DNA from: an uncultured Planctomycetaceae bacterium
GTDB taxonomy: Bacteria; Planctomycetota; Planctomycetia; Planctomycetales; Planctomycetaceae
Assembly: GCA_963815195.1 (NCBI GenBank)
Contig: CAWFGE010000010.1
Span: 160,001-224,000, forward strand
Length of the DNA stretch: 64,000 nt
Direction of reading: 5' to 3'
Positions 54,214 through 64,000 of this stretch are shown here, one piece after another. Numbering within the stretch: position 1 is the stretch's first letter; each line of letters starts with the position of its first letter. The notes below the pieces were generated by a model that did not search any database, was not told the origin of the DNA, and saw only the letters and a list, made by a program, of their open reading frames with translations. The translations under genes and the position numbers were made by a program.

Positions 54214-54290
54214 ATCAAACCGTAGCGATTGAATAAGTGTCACAACAAATCGGTGGGCGGGGGCGGGGGCGGGAGGGGGCCTAGAGTTAC

Positions 54291-57200
54291 TTATTGAGAA
54301 TTAATCAGCAAATCGAGAACGGCCTGGACAGATTTGGAAACTGGAACCGCAAAAGCGGCAACTTTCTTCGCGGCTTCGATCAAACCATCGGCAGTTGCGC
54401 TTAGCATTTTAGGTCGCGGTTTTGACTTTGCTGCCTCCTTAACAAAATTCGTTAGATCGTCTTCGACTGTTTCACGAGTTTCGTCACTTTCACCATTCTG
54501 AACCAATTCCGCGAGAAGTTGGTTTACAGACGCCACAACGTTCTTTAGCTCTTCCTGCACGTCTTTGTCTTGATTTGACGCGTGAATAACCTTCAAACAA
54601 TCCGAAACCGTTTGATTCTTGCCGACGATGCTGTTCGTCAAATTGCTATTGTTAACATTGATCTTGTCACTCATGTTGTTATCTCCCATATGAACAGGAC
54701 TGTAGTAATGATTATGTTCGACGTGACTTCTACCAGTAGCTTCAATTGGTTTCTCTATTGTCTGATATCCATCCAACATTTCTTTTACACTAACTTCCAC
54801 CTCCAGCCCCTCTGGCACAAACGATCTTTTTTTCATGCGTTCAAGCGTTCTGAGATGGTCATAACTAACCAATACATGATGGTTTCCCGGTGCCGGTACT
54901 AATTCGGCCGCCTTAATCGTATTTCCGTGGATCTCCTTTATTTGGCTTCGTATCTCCGTCATCAAATACCTTCGTCCTTCCTGAAATCCTCTTACGCTTA
55001 TCACTATCTGATTACTACTTCCATCCGCGCGAACATGGGCTTCGTTTTTCCGATCATCCGAAATAAAGACCGCCCCGGTACGCCAACAGTAAAGTTTTCC
55101 GTTGTTGCTAAGAAGATGTCCATGCATTCGCATGATGAGCCTGGAAATGACTGAAGTTGGCAATAAATCGTATTGGTAAACCAAGAGCAAAACATCGTCC
55201 CAAGCCCCTGTTTCTGGTTCTTCAAAAGGTAAGAGTCCAGGAATCAAGAATTTGTTGCCGTTATCGAATGAGAAGCACAACTCAAATTGCTGCAACATAC
55301 CCAAAATAAACTCTTTCTTGTCGGCCGGATACTCGTCGTCCGGCAAAAGATGTTCCAGACGCGACCGATCAAGTACGCTATCCCCAGCCTCTTGGTTTCC
55401 GTCAATAATTCTGTAAAACCCTCCCGTTACCCAGTCAGGCTTAAGGACATTGGTTTCTTCCAGGGTTCGGGATCCCCTATAGTGGAGGGCGATTCCTAAG
55501 TCGTTTAGTAATCCTAGAAGTGTTCTTTGACTCGTCGGCTCTTCGATTCCCTCCGACATACAAAGTGTCTTAAATTCAGGAAACGACTGGTAATTTGAAT
55601 TTTCAATTTCAAGGCGGTTCTTAACCGCGAACCAACTCTTTGGTATAGGTGTATTCACATGGTCAAGTTTTCGTACTTCCTTTTGAATCAGGTTTCTCGC
55701 CTCATCGATCCCTTCCCCCGTTTTGCATGAGACACGTCTGATCACGTCGCGAATCGCTGGGTATTTCCTTTGCAGGTTGTTCCAGTCGATCTCTGCAACG
55801 TGCTGATCGGATTTGTTAGCAACGATCAAAACAGGTGCGTTGTTTGCTACATTTGCGATCGTTTTTAGCCAGTAGTCAATTCGGGTGTGAGATTCTGAGC
55901 CGCGAGAACTTACAACTAAAATGTAGAGGCTGCGCTCAGAAAGAAAGAACTGGTGTGTGGCGTGGTAGATATCCTGACCACCGAAATCCCAAACGTTCGC
56001 CTGAATTGGATCACCATGTTCGGCGAAGCTCCATCTCCGAATACGGACCCCACGCGTTACTGACTCATCTTCAAAAAACTCCCCATCGATCAAACGCTTG
56101 ACTAATGACGTCTTACCAACCTCACCGTCACCCACTAATAGAATTTTTGCTTCGTTAAGTGCTTCTTCGTCATTTAGGCGCGAAAAATAGAAACTAAGTA
56201 CTGCCAACGGATCATTGACCTGACGATCAATTTCAGGCGGAAGATTAAGCGATGGATTTCCAAAAATCTGCAATGTTCTCAGATTGGTAAGTTCCACAAC
56301 GGAAGCCGGGAGCGTTGCTAAGTCGTTCCCACCGATATCGAGTTCTTTCAAGTTGGCAAGCTGACCGATCGATTCTGGGAGTTCCTTCAATCGATTGAAC
56401 CGGGCAACGAGGGTACGCAAGTCACACGAGTTCGAAGAAAGCCACGGTTCCTATGGTAATCCTTTGTACAATTCGCAACCGAATTCAGAAGATGTGGTGG
56501 ACCCCGAAAACTGGACAGCCCAATAAGGTAGAATTTGCGATGTTCATTTGTCGCATTGGGAGGTTCCGATTATGACCAGGAAGCGTCGAGTTTTGGGGTC
56601 CGCGTTCAAAGCCAAGGTGGCGTTGGCGGCGGTCAAAGGGGATAGGACGACGGCTCAGTTGGCGTCGGAATTTGGCGTCCACACGAGCCAAGTCACGGCT
56701 TGGAAAAAGCAGTTGTTGTCGGGAGCCACTGAGTTGTTCACGGATGGCCGACGTAAGCGATCCGACGATCAATCGGCCAATGAGCAAGAACTCTATGAAC
56801 AAATCGGCCGGCTGAAAATGGAAGTCGAGTGGCTCAAAAAAAAGTCGCTGACGCTGGATTAAGCCACGAGGTTTTGCGGGCATGGATCGAACCGAAGCAT
56901 TCCACGTTGAGCGTGTCGCGTCAGTGCGATCTGTTGGGATTGGCGCGGAGCAGTTGGTACTACGAACCTGGCGGCGAGACCGCGGAAAATTTGGAACTGA
57001 TGCGGCGAATCGACGAGGAATACACGCGGCATCCGTTTTATGGTTCTCGCAAGATGGCCGAGTTGTTCGGCGTGAATCGCAAGCGAGTGCAGCGGCTGAT
57101 GCGGCAGATGGGAATCGAAGCGGTTGGACCGAAACGCCGCACGACCAAACCGGGGGCGCGGACACAAGATTTACCCTTATTTACTGCGGAATGTGGAGGT

Positions 57201-58355
57201 TCTCCGGCCCAACCAGGTGTGGTCGAGCGACATCACTTACATCCCGCTTCGCCACGGGTTTTTGTATCTCGTGGCAGTGATGGACTGGTTCAGTCGCTAC
57301 GTGTTGAGTTGGCGATTGTCGAACACGTTGGAGGGGAGTTTTTGCTTGGAGGCGTTGGACGAAGCCTTGTCGATCTCGCGGCCGGAGGTCTTCAACAGCG
57401 ACCAGGGCAGCCAATTCACGGCGATCAAGTTCACCGAGCGATTGGAACGATTGAATGTCGCGATCAGTATGGATGGAAAAGGACGGTGCTTGGACAACGT
57501 ATTCATCGAGCGGCTGTGGCGGAGCGTGAAATACGAAGAGGTTTACTTGAAGGATTACACGGATGGTTGGGAGGCCGAGAGAAGCCTGCAGAGTTACTTT
57601 GAGTTCTATTGTGAGGAACGGATTCATCAGTCGCTGGGTTATCAAACGCCGGCGATGATCTACGAAGGAAAAGATTGAAGCCTGCACAAAGTGATGGACG
57701 AAAAATGAAAACAAGTTTCGCGCAAAACCGGGAGGGAACTGGTGAGGTCTCGTCCCGGGCCCCTTGTCATCGGCGGCAGACGACGAGGCCTATGAGGGGC
57801 CTCGTCTGCCGCTGACTCACACCACTAAACAACCCCGTTTGCTGTCCAAAGAATGGGGTCCACCTCAAGATTCACCAGGTTTGTGAACCGATCTATCCAT
57901 TCTGGAACTCTCGTAATATGATTGTTGGACAAATCGAGACTACGCAATTTCGTAAGAGGCTTGAGTGAATCTGGGAATCCTCTCAACTCATTCCTTGCGA
58001 GGTACAGTGTCTCCAAAAACTCAAGTTCTCCAAGCGACTCCGGGAGTTCTTTCAAGCAATTGCCACTGAGATCAAGAAATTTTAGCTCATTGGCTCGCCC
58101 AAAAGATTCCGGCAACTTAACGAGGTTGTTTTCAGTCAGGTAGAGTTCCACGAGACTTGGTAGCTGACAGACGGAATTCGGTAGTTCTTCGAGGCAATTA
58201 CCACTAAGATCAAGAGACTTTACCTCCGACAATTTGGAAATAGACTCTGGGAGTTCCGTCAACCCAAGGTCATTCAGATCGAGGTGTTGATGATTCGCAG
58301 TTCGTGCATTGCTGATTCGCGCTTCAGCTTCCAAAAAACTCTCATTATGATTCAT
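54291..58355 (-). pseudogene. LRR-Roc-COR (Roco) protein gene interrupted by IS3
   Basis: N-terminal LRRs at 57868-58355 (MNHNESF..., GGAGA RBS). Further LRRs, Roc ('GDGEVGKTSL', 'WDFGGQ', 'NKSD') and COR lie at 54291-56420. An extra stop or indels occur near 56425-56490. Confidence 0.88.
56493..57867 (+). mobile_element. IS3-family insertion sequence
   Basis: IRL tgtggtggaccccgaaaactggacagc and IRR (reverse complement) tgaggtggaccccattctttggacagc; AGA duplicated on both flanks (56490-92, 57868-70). OrfA 56572-56862, A8G slippery site 56836-56844, DDE OrfB ('WSSDITY', 'NSDQGSQF', 'IERLWRSVKYE') ending 57678 with one extra frameshift at ~57160. Confidence 0.95.
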
Positions 58356-58731
58356 CTTGTCTCCCGATATTTGGCATTCCCCGCAGTATACAAACACTAT
58401 GTCGAGGATGCCACGGTTCATTCCCAATTTTACGGATCCTGGTTTGTTCGAGTCCCTCCACGGCCTGCCGTGCCGGCCATGCGAACAAGAAAATCTTCTC
58501 AATTCCGGCCCGGCTTTTGTAACCATGCGATTTATTGAGCCGGAAAAAGATCCCCGAATCCCAACGTTTTTGCTGATGAGCCGTGTGGCAATTTGACGCA
58601 CAATAGGATTGGCGGTCTGTTTGTGGGACGACGGCCGAAGTGTCCATTTTGCAAAAGCTGTTGCCATGTCCTCCACCACCGAGAAGAACGATCCGCACGG
58701 ATGCGGTTGCCACAACATGCACCAAGCCAAG

Positions 58732-59100
58732 ATAGGGGTAGGAAGGACCGATTGAGTTCAGTCCCCCCTCCCTCCGAACCGTGCGTGCGGGTCTCCCGCA
58801 CACGGCTCTCCAGAAAATGGTTTTACCTCTTCGAGGATTGACAGGCAACACGATGGGCTGCGACCAGAGAAAACAACCCAGCGCGCAAAGAAGGCATTCG
58901 GCCAGCGCTGATGGTCCTGTCCACGGCCGCGGCCTTTCAGCCCCAGACGTTTGTGCAGAATCGAACGCCGCCGCATTCGAATCCAGCCGTCCAAAGCCGA
59001 GAAGGTGTAACGGTGGCTGTGTTTGAAGTATTCAAACCAGCCGCGGAGCGTGCGGTTCACATCTTCGATGATCGTCTTCAAGCTCTGCACTTCGGGATTG
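58732..59100 (-). mobile_element. Group II intron 3' remnant (maturase C-terminus + domains V/VI)
   Basis: 'VNRTLRGWFEYFK...LDGWIRMR...HQRWPNAFF'; domain V gagccgtgtgcgggagacccgcacgcacggttc; end ...cctacccctat. Confidence 0.9.
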
Positions 59101-59109
59101 TAAACACAG

Positions 59110-59367
59110 CGGTCGCCCCGCTCTAGTCGGGCTCCAACGGCCGGAAGAGTTGTCATCGCCGGAAGGCAAGGTCCAAATCGTATGGAGATGATCGGGTAGC
59201 AGGACAATGGCATTTACGTCAAATGGCCAAGCCCGTTTGCAGCCCCGAAAAGCCTCCCCCAACAACCGCTGGTTTCGTTGAAGATGAAACAAACGCCGAC
59301 GTTGGTGGGTGACAACGGTGAAGAAGTAGGTTCCCCCGGGAACATGAGCGCGGCGATAATTGGGCAT
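59110..59367 (-). pseudogene. REP-associated tyrosine transposase (RAYT) N-terminal fragment
   Basis: 'MPNYRRAHVPGGTYFFTVVT', HUH motif 'LPDHLHTIWTLP'; truncated after 'SGRWS'. Confidence 0.88.
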
Positions 59368-59391
59368 GGCAACAGTTTACCCACAAAAGAA

Positions 59392-59413
59392 GGCAGGCGG
59401 GAGCCTGCCCTAC
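59392..59413 (-). repeat. GTAG-type REP upstream of the RAYT
   Basis: Minus strand GTAG-GGCAGGC-TCCC-GCCTGCC. Confidence 0.75.
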
Positions 59414-59418
59414 AATTA

Positions 59419-59541
59419 ATGGCTTTGAACGCGGCTCCTGAAACTCGACGCTTCGTGGTCATGATCTGAACCTCCCAATGCGACAAACGAACATCGAAAG
59501 TTCTACCTTATTGGGCTGTCCAGTTTTTGGGGTCCACTACA
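59419..59541 (-). mobile_element. Truncated left end of a related IS3 copy
   Basis: tgtagtggaccccaaaaactggacagcccaataaggtagaa... plus OrfA start MTTKRRVSGAAFKA; similar but not identical to 56493-56615. Confidence 0.9.
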
Positions 59542-59578
59542 GGATTCGATCGTTAGGTCTGGCTGATGCTTGGAAACA

Positions 59579-60808
59579 TCAAGATTCATGGGTTTTATCC
59601 TCGAATTGGCTCGGCGACGCGAGAACCTGGAGGACTTCGTGGAACATGGTGATGTCCTCCCGTGTCGCAATCACGAGAATCCGGCCGGGCGAATCGGACG
59701 CTGCGATGTCGGCGTCCGGACGGCAACGGGCATTCGAGCCGGAATCGAGGACAAGGCCCAGGCAATCGAGGCCGCCACAGATTTGCTCTCGGACTTCGTT
59801 CGCATGCTCGCCGACGCCGGCGGTGAAGACTAAAGCATCCACGCCTCCCATCGTCACGGCCAATGCCCCGATCGCCTGCCGAACTCGGCGCGAATAAACA
59901 TCGATCGCCAATTGGGAGGACTCGCTCCCGTTCCGCGCCGCCGCGAGAACCTGGCGCATATCGCCGGAAAGATCGGAGACTCCCAAGAGGCCCGACTCGC
60001 GGTTCAGCGCGGCTTCAACGTCGTCCGCCGTCAGCCCGTGGGACTTTTGCACGTGGAGCACGATGCCCGGATCGATGGAGCCGCTCCGCGTCGCCATCAT
60101 CAAGCCTTCCAACGGGGTAAAGCCCATCGTCGTTTCCCTCGAGCGGCCGTGCTCTACGGCGGTGGCGGAGCAACCGTGGCCGAGGTGGCAAATCACCAAC
60201 CGAAGTTCCTCCACCGGCCGTCCCAGCAGTTCCGCCGCCCTCCGGCTGCAGTACGCATGGCTTAATCCGTGAAAGCCGAAACGGCGAATGCCCCAATCGC
60301 GAGTCCACTTGGCGGGAATGGGATAGGTATAGGCTTCCGGGGGCAAGGTGGAATGGAAAGCCGTGTCGAAAACAGCAACGTGCGGGACCTCGGGCAATTC
60401 CGCCTCGGCAGCCGCGAGAGTCTCCAGGCTCGGCGGATTGTGGAGAGGCGCCAAGTCTTTAAGAGACGCGATGCGCGAGCGAATGTCCTTCGTGATGCGA
60501 ACGGACGTCGTAAACGGCCCGCCGTGGACGATGCGATGTCCCACGGCCACCAATTCCGATGCGCGATGAGAACGCTCGTTTTTCAAATCCGAGAGGAATT
60601 CCCCCACCGCCGCCCGATGGCCTTTCCATGAAACGTTCCGGGAGACAGATCCATTCCCAAAGGCTTCAAATTCGTAGCGGGTGGTCGAACCGGCCCAATC
60701 CGCCAGCCCGCGTACAAGGACTGTCCCGTCCTCCACTCTCATGAGCGCGGATTTCAGGCTGCTCGATCCTGCGTTCAACAATAGAACACTCACGAACAGA
60801 TTCTCCAC
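59579..60808 (-). CDS. ackA: Acetate kinase
   Basis: 'LLNAGSSSLK', 'VGHRIVHGG', 'LAPLHNP', 'FGFHGLSH', 'FTAGVGE'. Confidence 0.95.
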   Translation of the reverse strand: MENLFVSVLLLNAGSSSLKSALMRVEDGTVLVRGLADWAGSTTRYEFEAFGNGSVSRNVSWKGHRAAVGEFLSDLKNERSHRASELVAVGHRIVHGGPFTTSVRITKDIRSRIASLKDLAPLHNPPSLETLAAAEAELPEVPHVAVFDTAFHSTLPPEAYTYPIPAKWTRDWGIRRFGFHGLSHAYCSRRAAELLGRPVEELRLVICHLGHGCSATAVEHGRSRETTMGFTPLEGLMMATRSGSIDPGIVLHVQKSHGLTADDVEAALNRESGLLGVSDLSGDMRQVLAAARNGSESSQLAIDVYSRRVRQAIGALAVTMGGVDALVFTAGVGEHANEVREQICGGLDCLGLVLDSGSNARCRPDADIAASDSPGRILVIATREDITMFHEVLQVLASPSQFEDKTHES

Positions 60809-60886
60809 GGACCGGCCGCGCTCGCTCTTGGATTTGTCAGTACTTTTCGGAAAGCGTTTCCCGATCGCCGTATTTGCCCTTCTTGG

Positions 60887-61240
60887 GGCTCTTCCGGAAA
60901 AAAGGGGGGCTTGAAAATGGCGGACATGCTGATTTCATAAGGGGTTATGTTCACAATCCGACCCCTAACGCGGAGAAACCAGTATGTCCACGAGTCTGTT
61001 ATATCATGCGTTTGGGATTCGCGGCTACGAATACCGGGCTATGAAATTCGACAAGGGAGAATTGCTTTTCAGGATTGAAGCCCCGCGGAAGTCGCTCAAA
61101 TGTCCGGCCTGCGGCAGTACGCAGGTGCATATTGACGAGTGGTGTGGTCTGGATTGAAATGGACGTGCCCAAAGTCGAATGCCAGAAGTGCGGAGCCAAG
61201 CGGCGTGTGAAGTTGGGGTTTGCCAAGCCGAAACGGAGAA
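60887..61240 (+). mobile_element. ISL3-family left end and decayed transposase fragment
   Basis: GGCTCTTC end; ATG at 60984 gives MSTSLLYHAFGIRGYEY...CPACGS, then after a deletion 'VECQKCGAKRRVKLGFAKPKR'. Confidence 0.75.
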
Positions 61241-61257
61241 CCGTGGACGGAAAGTTT

Positions 61258-62103
61258 TCAGCCGCCCCAGCGGGTTTTCATGAACTCGAGCGCTTTCTTC
61301 GCCAGGTATTCTTCGCTGGGATACATCTTTCGCCAGATCTTCGTCGCGGCGGCGAGGGCGGGGAGGGCCAATCCGAAGGCTTCCACCATCAGCCAGCCGT
61401 CGTAGCCGGTTTCTTTAAGGGCGGCGAAGGTGGTGTCCCAATCGACGTGGCCTTCGCCCGGCGTCGAGCGGTCGTTTTCGGAAATGTGCACGTGCACCGT
61501 CTGGTCGGCACACTCCTTGATCGCCTTGGCGATGTCCTTTTCCTCGATATTCGCGTGGAAGGTGTCGTACATCATCTTGACGTGCGGATGGCTCACCTCC
61601 CGGCAGAAGCGGGCACAGTCGGCCGCCGATGTGAGGAAATAACACTCGAAGCGGTTGAGATATTCGACGACCAGCGTGACGCCGGCTTTCTGCGCAGAGT
61701 CGCCGGCTTGGGCGAGGGTGTCTTTGCCGTGCATCCATTCCTCTTCCGTTGGGCCGGTTCCGGAGAAATGGCCGAGCGTGGAATGGATCGGCCCGCACAA
61801 ATGCGTCGCCCCCACGACCTGGCACATGTCGATCACCGACTTCAAATGATTGAGCCCCGCGTCGCGAACTTGGGGGTCGGTGGAAATCGGATTGCCCGCA
61901 ATGCTGCCGTGCACCGTGACCGCCGTCCGCGCGAGGCCCAACTCGTCGAGCTTCTGGCCCAGCTTTTTGAAGTGGGCTTCGTCGGCGGCGAAGATCGGCA
62001 GCTCCACGCCGTCGTAGCCCGCGCTTTTGAGCTGCTCGAGGTGTCCGTAATGGTCTTCGGTGACGTGGTCGGTCCACAGGAGCATGTTCATGCCGTATTT
62101 CAT
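61258..62103 (-). CDS. Sugar phosphate isomerase/epimerase (D-tagatose/psicose 3-epimerase-like)
   Basis: 'GYDGVELP', 'EYLNRFE', 'YDTFHANIEE', 'HVHISENDR'. Confidence 0.9.
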   Translation of the reverse strand: MKYGMNMLLWTDHVTEDHYGHLEQLKSAGYDGVELPIFAADEAHFKKLGQKLDELGLARTAVTVHGSIAGNPISTDPQVRDAGLNHLKSVIDMCQVVGATHLCGPIHSTLGHFSGTGPTEEEWMHGKDTLAQAGDSAQKAGVTLVVEYLNRFECYFLTSAADCARFCREVSHPHVKMMYDTFHANIEEKDIAKAIKECADQTVHVHISENDRSTPGEGHVDWDTTFAALKETGYDGWLMVEAFGLALPALAAATKIWRKMYPSEEYLAKKALEFMKTRWGG

Positions 62104-62789
62104 CGCGGGGTTTCCTCAGGTTGGGGGATGAATGAAATCCAATCCGCCGGCAGCAGGTCGGGAAGATGCCGTTCCACAACGGTCCAGCCGCCGGCGATGA
62201 CTTGTGCCGTGCTTAAAGGAAGCGGCCTCAGTTTGATCCGCCGGACCACTTGGTTCAAGCGAAACAGCAGTTTCGGGGCTTCCAAATAATCAAAAAGAAA
62301 CCGCGCCTCCAAAAACCGTTCCACGAACCACGCCAAGGAGGCCGGCTCCCGCCCGGCGATTCGGGCGACGGTCTCTGCGATCCAAGCCGGCTTCACCGCG
62401 CCGAGGGCAGTGTAATAGTCCGGGAGCCTTTGCGGGTTTTTCGCGATCAACACCCCGTCCAACAGCAACTCCGCGGCGATGTGCCCCAGAAAGGCGGCGC
62501 GGGGATTTTCATTGGTCTTCTTCAAATGTTCGCGGAAGCGGTTCTTCAATTCGCCGGCAACGTGCTCGAACGCGGGCGTCGCGTGGAACCAGTCATCATC
62601 CTCCAGATGCCTTAAAATCCCCGCCGCGAATCGGTCCGTCGGCGACCCGGAACCGTCGGCCCAAGGCAGCACCTGCTCCCGCCGCAGCCGAGTTTTCCGG
62701 TCCGCCGCGTTGAGCCAATCCGGCACCGCCGTGCCCGACAGAAAATAAGGCTCGTCGACAAACGCCATTCCATGAGCAAAATAATTCAT
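62100..62789 (-). CDS. AcpH-like HD-fold protein
   Basis: 'MNYFAH', 'GTAVPD', 'GILRHLEDDDWFH', 'HIAAELLLD'. Confidence 0.6.
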   Translation of the reverse strand: MNYFAHGMAFVDEPYFLSGTAVPDWLNAADRKTRLRREQVLPWADGSGSPTDRFAAGILRHLEDDDWFHATPAFEHVAGELKNRFREHLKKTNENPRAAFLGHIAAELLLDGVLIAKNPQRLPDYYTALGAVKPAWIAETVARIAGREPASLAWFVERFLEARFLFDYLEAPKLLFRLNQVVRRIKLRPLPLSTAQVIAGGWTVVERHLPDLLPADWISFIPQPEETPR

Positions 62790-62950
62790 GCTGTTCTACG
62801 ATTTCGTGTCTTTCGTGTGATTCGTGGTTCCCGTCTTTTTGGTTCCCATATTGCGAAGTGAACTTCCATTGTGCACAATCGCAAGGTGTTGTCCAATCGC
62901 AAAGAATCCTTTCGGGAATGCCTTTTCGTCTTACGGTTTCCGGTGAGTTT

Positions 62951-63814
62951 ATGGCGTCCGGCGATGTTTTGCGGCTGATTGTGTTGGCCCGGGATCAAAG
63001 TCCGCGCGTGCAAAACGCCTGGCGGGAGCTGGCGGATTTTCTGAAGCATCAGGCCGAAACGGAATTGGTCGCGGCCCAGGTCACGGAGGACTTGGAACTC
63101 GACGGCCTCGACGCAGATTTCGTGATCGTCTTGGGCGGCGACGGCGCGATCTTGAGGGCCTGCCATCAATTGGGATACCGCCAGTTGCCCATCTTGGGGA
63201 TCAACCTGGGCCGATTGGGTTTTCTCGCCGACCTCTCTCCCGAAGAGTTCCGCGATTCGTTTCCCAGCATCCGGGCCGGGATGTACCGCGTGGCGGAGCA
63301 TTTGATGTTTGAATGCTGCGTCCGCCGCGCGGACGGCAGCCACCTTCGCTGGCTCGGTCTGAACGAAGTCGCGGTCTCGGCGGGGGCTTCGTTCCGGATG
63401 ATCGACGTCGAGCTTCACATCGACGAGGAGCGGGTGACGACCTACAGCTGCGACGGCCTGATCGTCAGCACGCCCGTCGGGTCCACGGCTCACAGCCTCT
63501 CGGCGGGAGGGCCGATCCTGCGGCAGGATTTATCCGCTTTCGTCATCACCCCCATCTGCCCCCACACCCTGACCAACCGCCCGCTGATCGATGACGCCGA
63601 CGCCGTTTACACGCTCCGCGTCCCCGGCGCCCCCGAAGGCGTGCAGGTCGTGATCGACGGGCAGCAACGGGAAGCGATCCGCGAAGGCGACCGCATCGAA
63701 ATCCGCAAGGCCCCGGTGACCTTCAAACTCGTCCGCGTCCCGCACCACAGCTACTACGCGACCCTCCACAAAAAACTCGGCTGGGGCGGCCAACCCCGCT
63801 ACCGCCGGCAGTGA
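62951..63814 (+). CDS. nadK: NAD kinase
   Basis: 'LGGDGAIL', 'GINLGRLGFL', 'LNE', 'DGLIVSTPVGSTAHSLSAGGP'. Confidence 0.95.
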   Translation: MASGDVLRLIVLARDQSPRVQNAWRELADFLKHQAETELVAAQVTEDLELDGLDADFVIVLGGDGAILRACHQLGYRQLPILGINLGRLGFLADLSPEEFRDSFPSIRAGMYRVAEHLMFECCVRRADGSHLRWLGLNEVAVSAGASFRMIDVELHIDEERVTTYSCDGLIVSTPVGSTAHSLSAGGPILRQDLSAFVITPICPHTLTNRPLIDDADAVYTLRVPGAPEGVQVVIDGQQREAIREGDRIEIRKAPVTFKLVRVPHHSYYATLHKKLGWGGQPRYRRQ

Positions 63815-64000
63815 GGAGAAGACTCTGTCGCGAAGACAGAAATTTTTCGAGCTTGGCAAGAATCACAACGTCGCCTTGCCGTCGGCTTCATTGACCAGCA
63901 TGCAGCAACCCTTTTCAATTGTTTGCGAGGCCGTCTCCGGGAACGGTTTCGCCAAGAATTCCTTCATCCCCTCTCCAAACTGGCCCCTCAATTAAAAGCT

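Noticed and set aside
58356..58730. Long N-terminal extension of the LRR ORF 57825..58730
   Set aside because: No domain signal; a GGAGA RBS precedes ATG 58355 where the typical LRR cap begins.

Overview
GC-rich bacterial window. The gene content (DUF1501, DUF1549/DUF1553, DUF1552, DUF1571, a PVC-type CxxCH protein, six Cys-type sulfatases) points to a planctomycete; this is an inference from families, not a database result. Housekeeping genes include tal, ndk, fabI, lnt-like, hflC, scpB, dnaE, ogt, ackA and nadK, plus a probable 6S RNA. The most striking item is an apparent RiPP locus at ~34.85-37.73 kb. An unannotated 42-aa peptide missing from the ORF track (MVKTKETKKTKKVVRELKALRTNGRKTAERIG-CRCCRCCRCF) lies directly upstream of a DUF692/MNIO iron enzyme, a divergent partner protein and an ABC-type membrane domain. 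The right end (54.2-61.3 kb) is an AT-richer, mobile-element-rich region: an LRR-Roc-COR gene split by an IS3 with a 3-bp target duplication, a group II intron 3' remnant, a RAYT fragment with its GTAG-REP, a second IS3 end and an ISL3 relic. Several REP/MITE-like families fill intergenic gaps. About ten otherwise intact genes carry single frameshifts, most likely assembly indel errors. All family calls come from motif recognition by eye; no searches were run.
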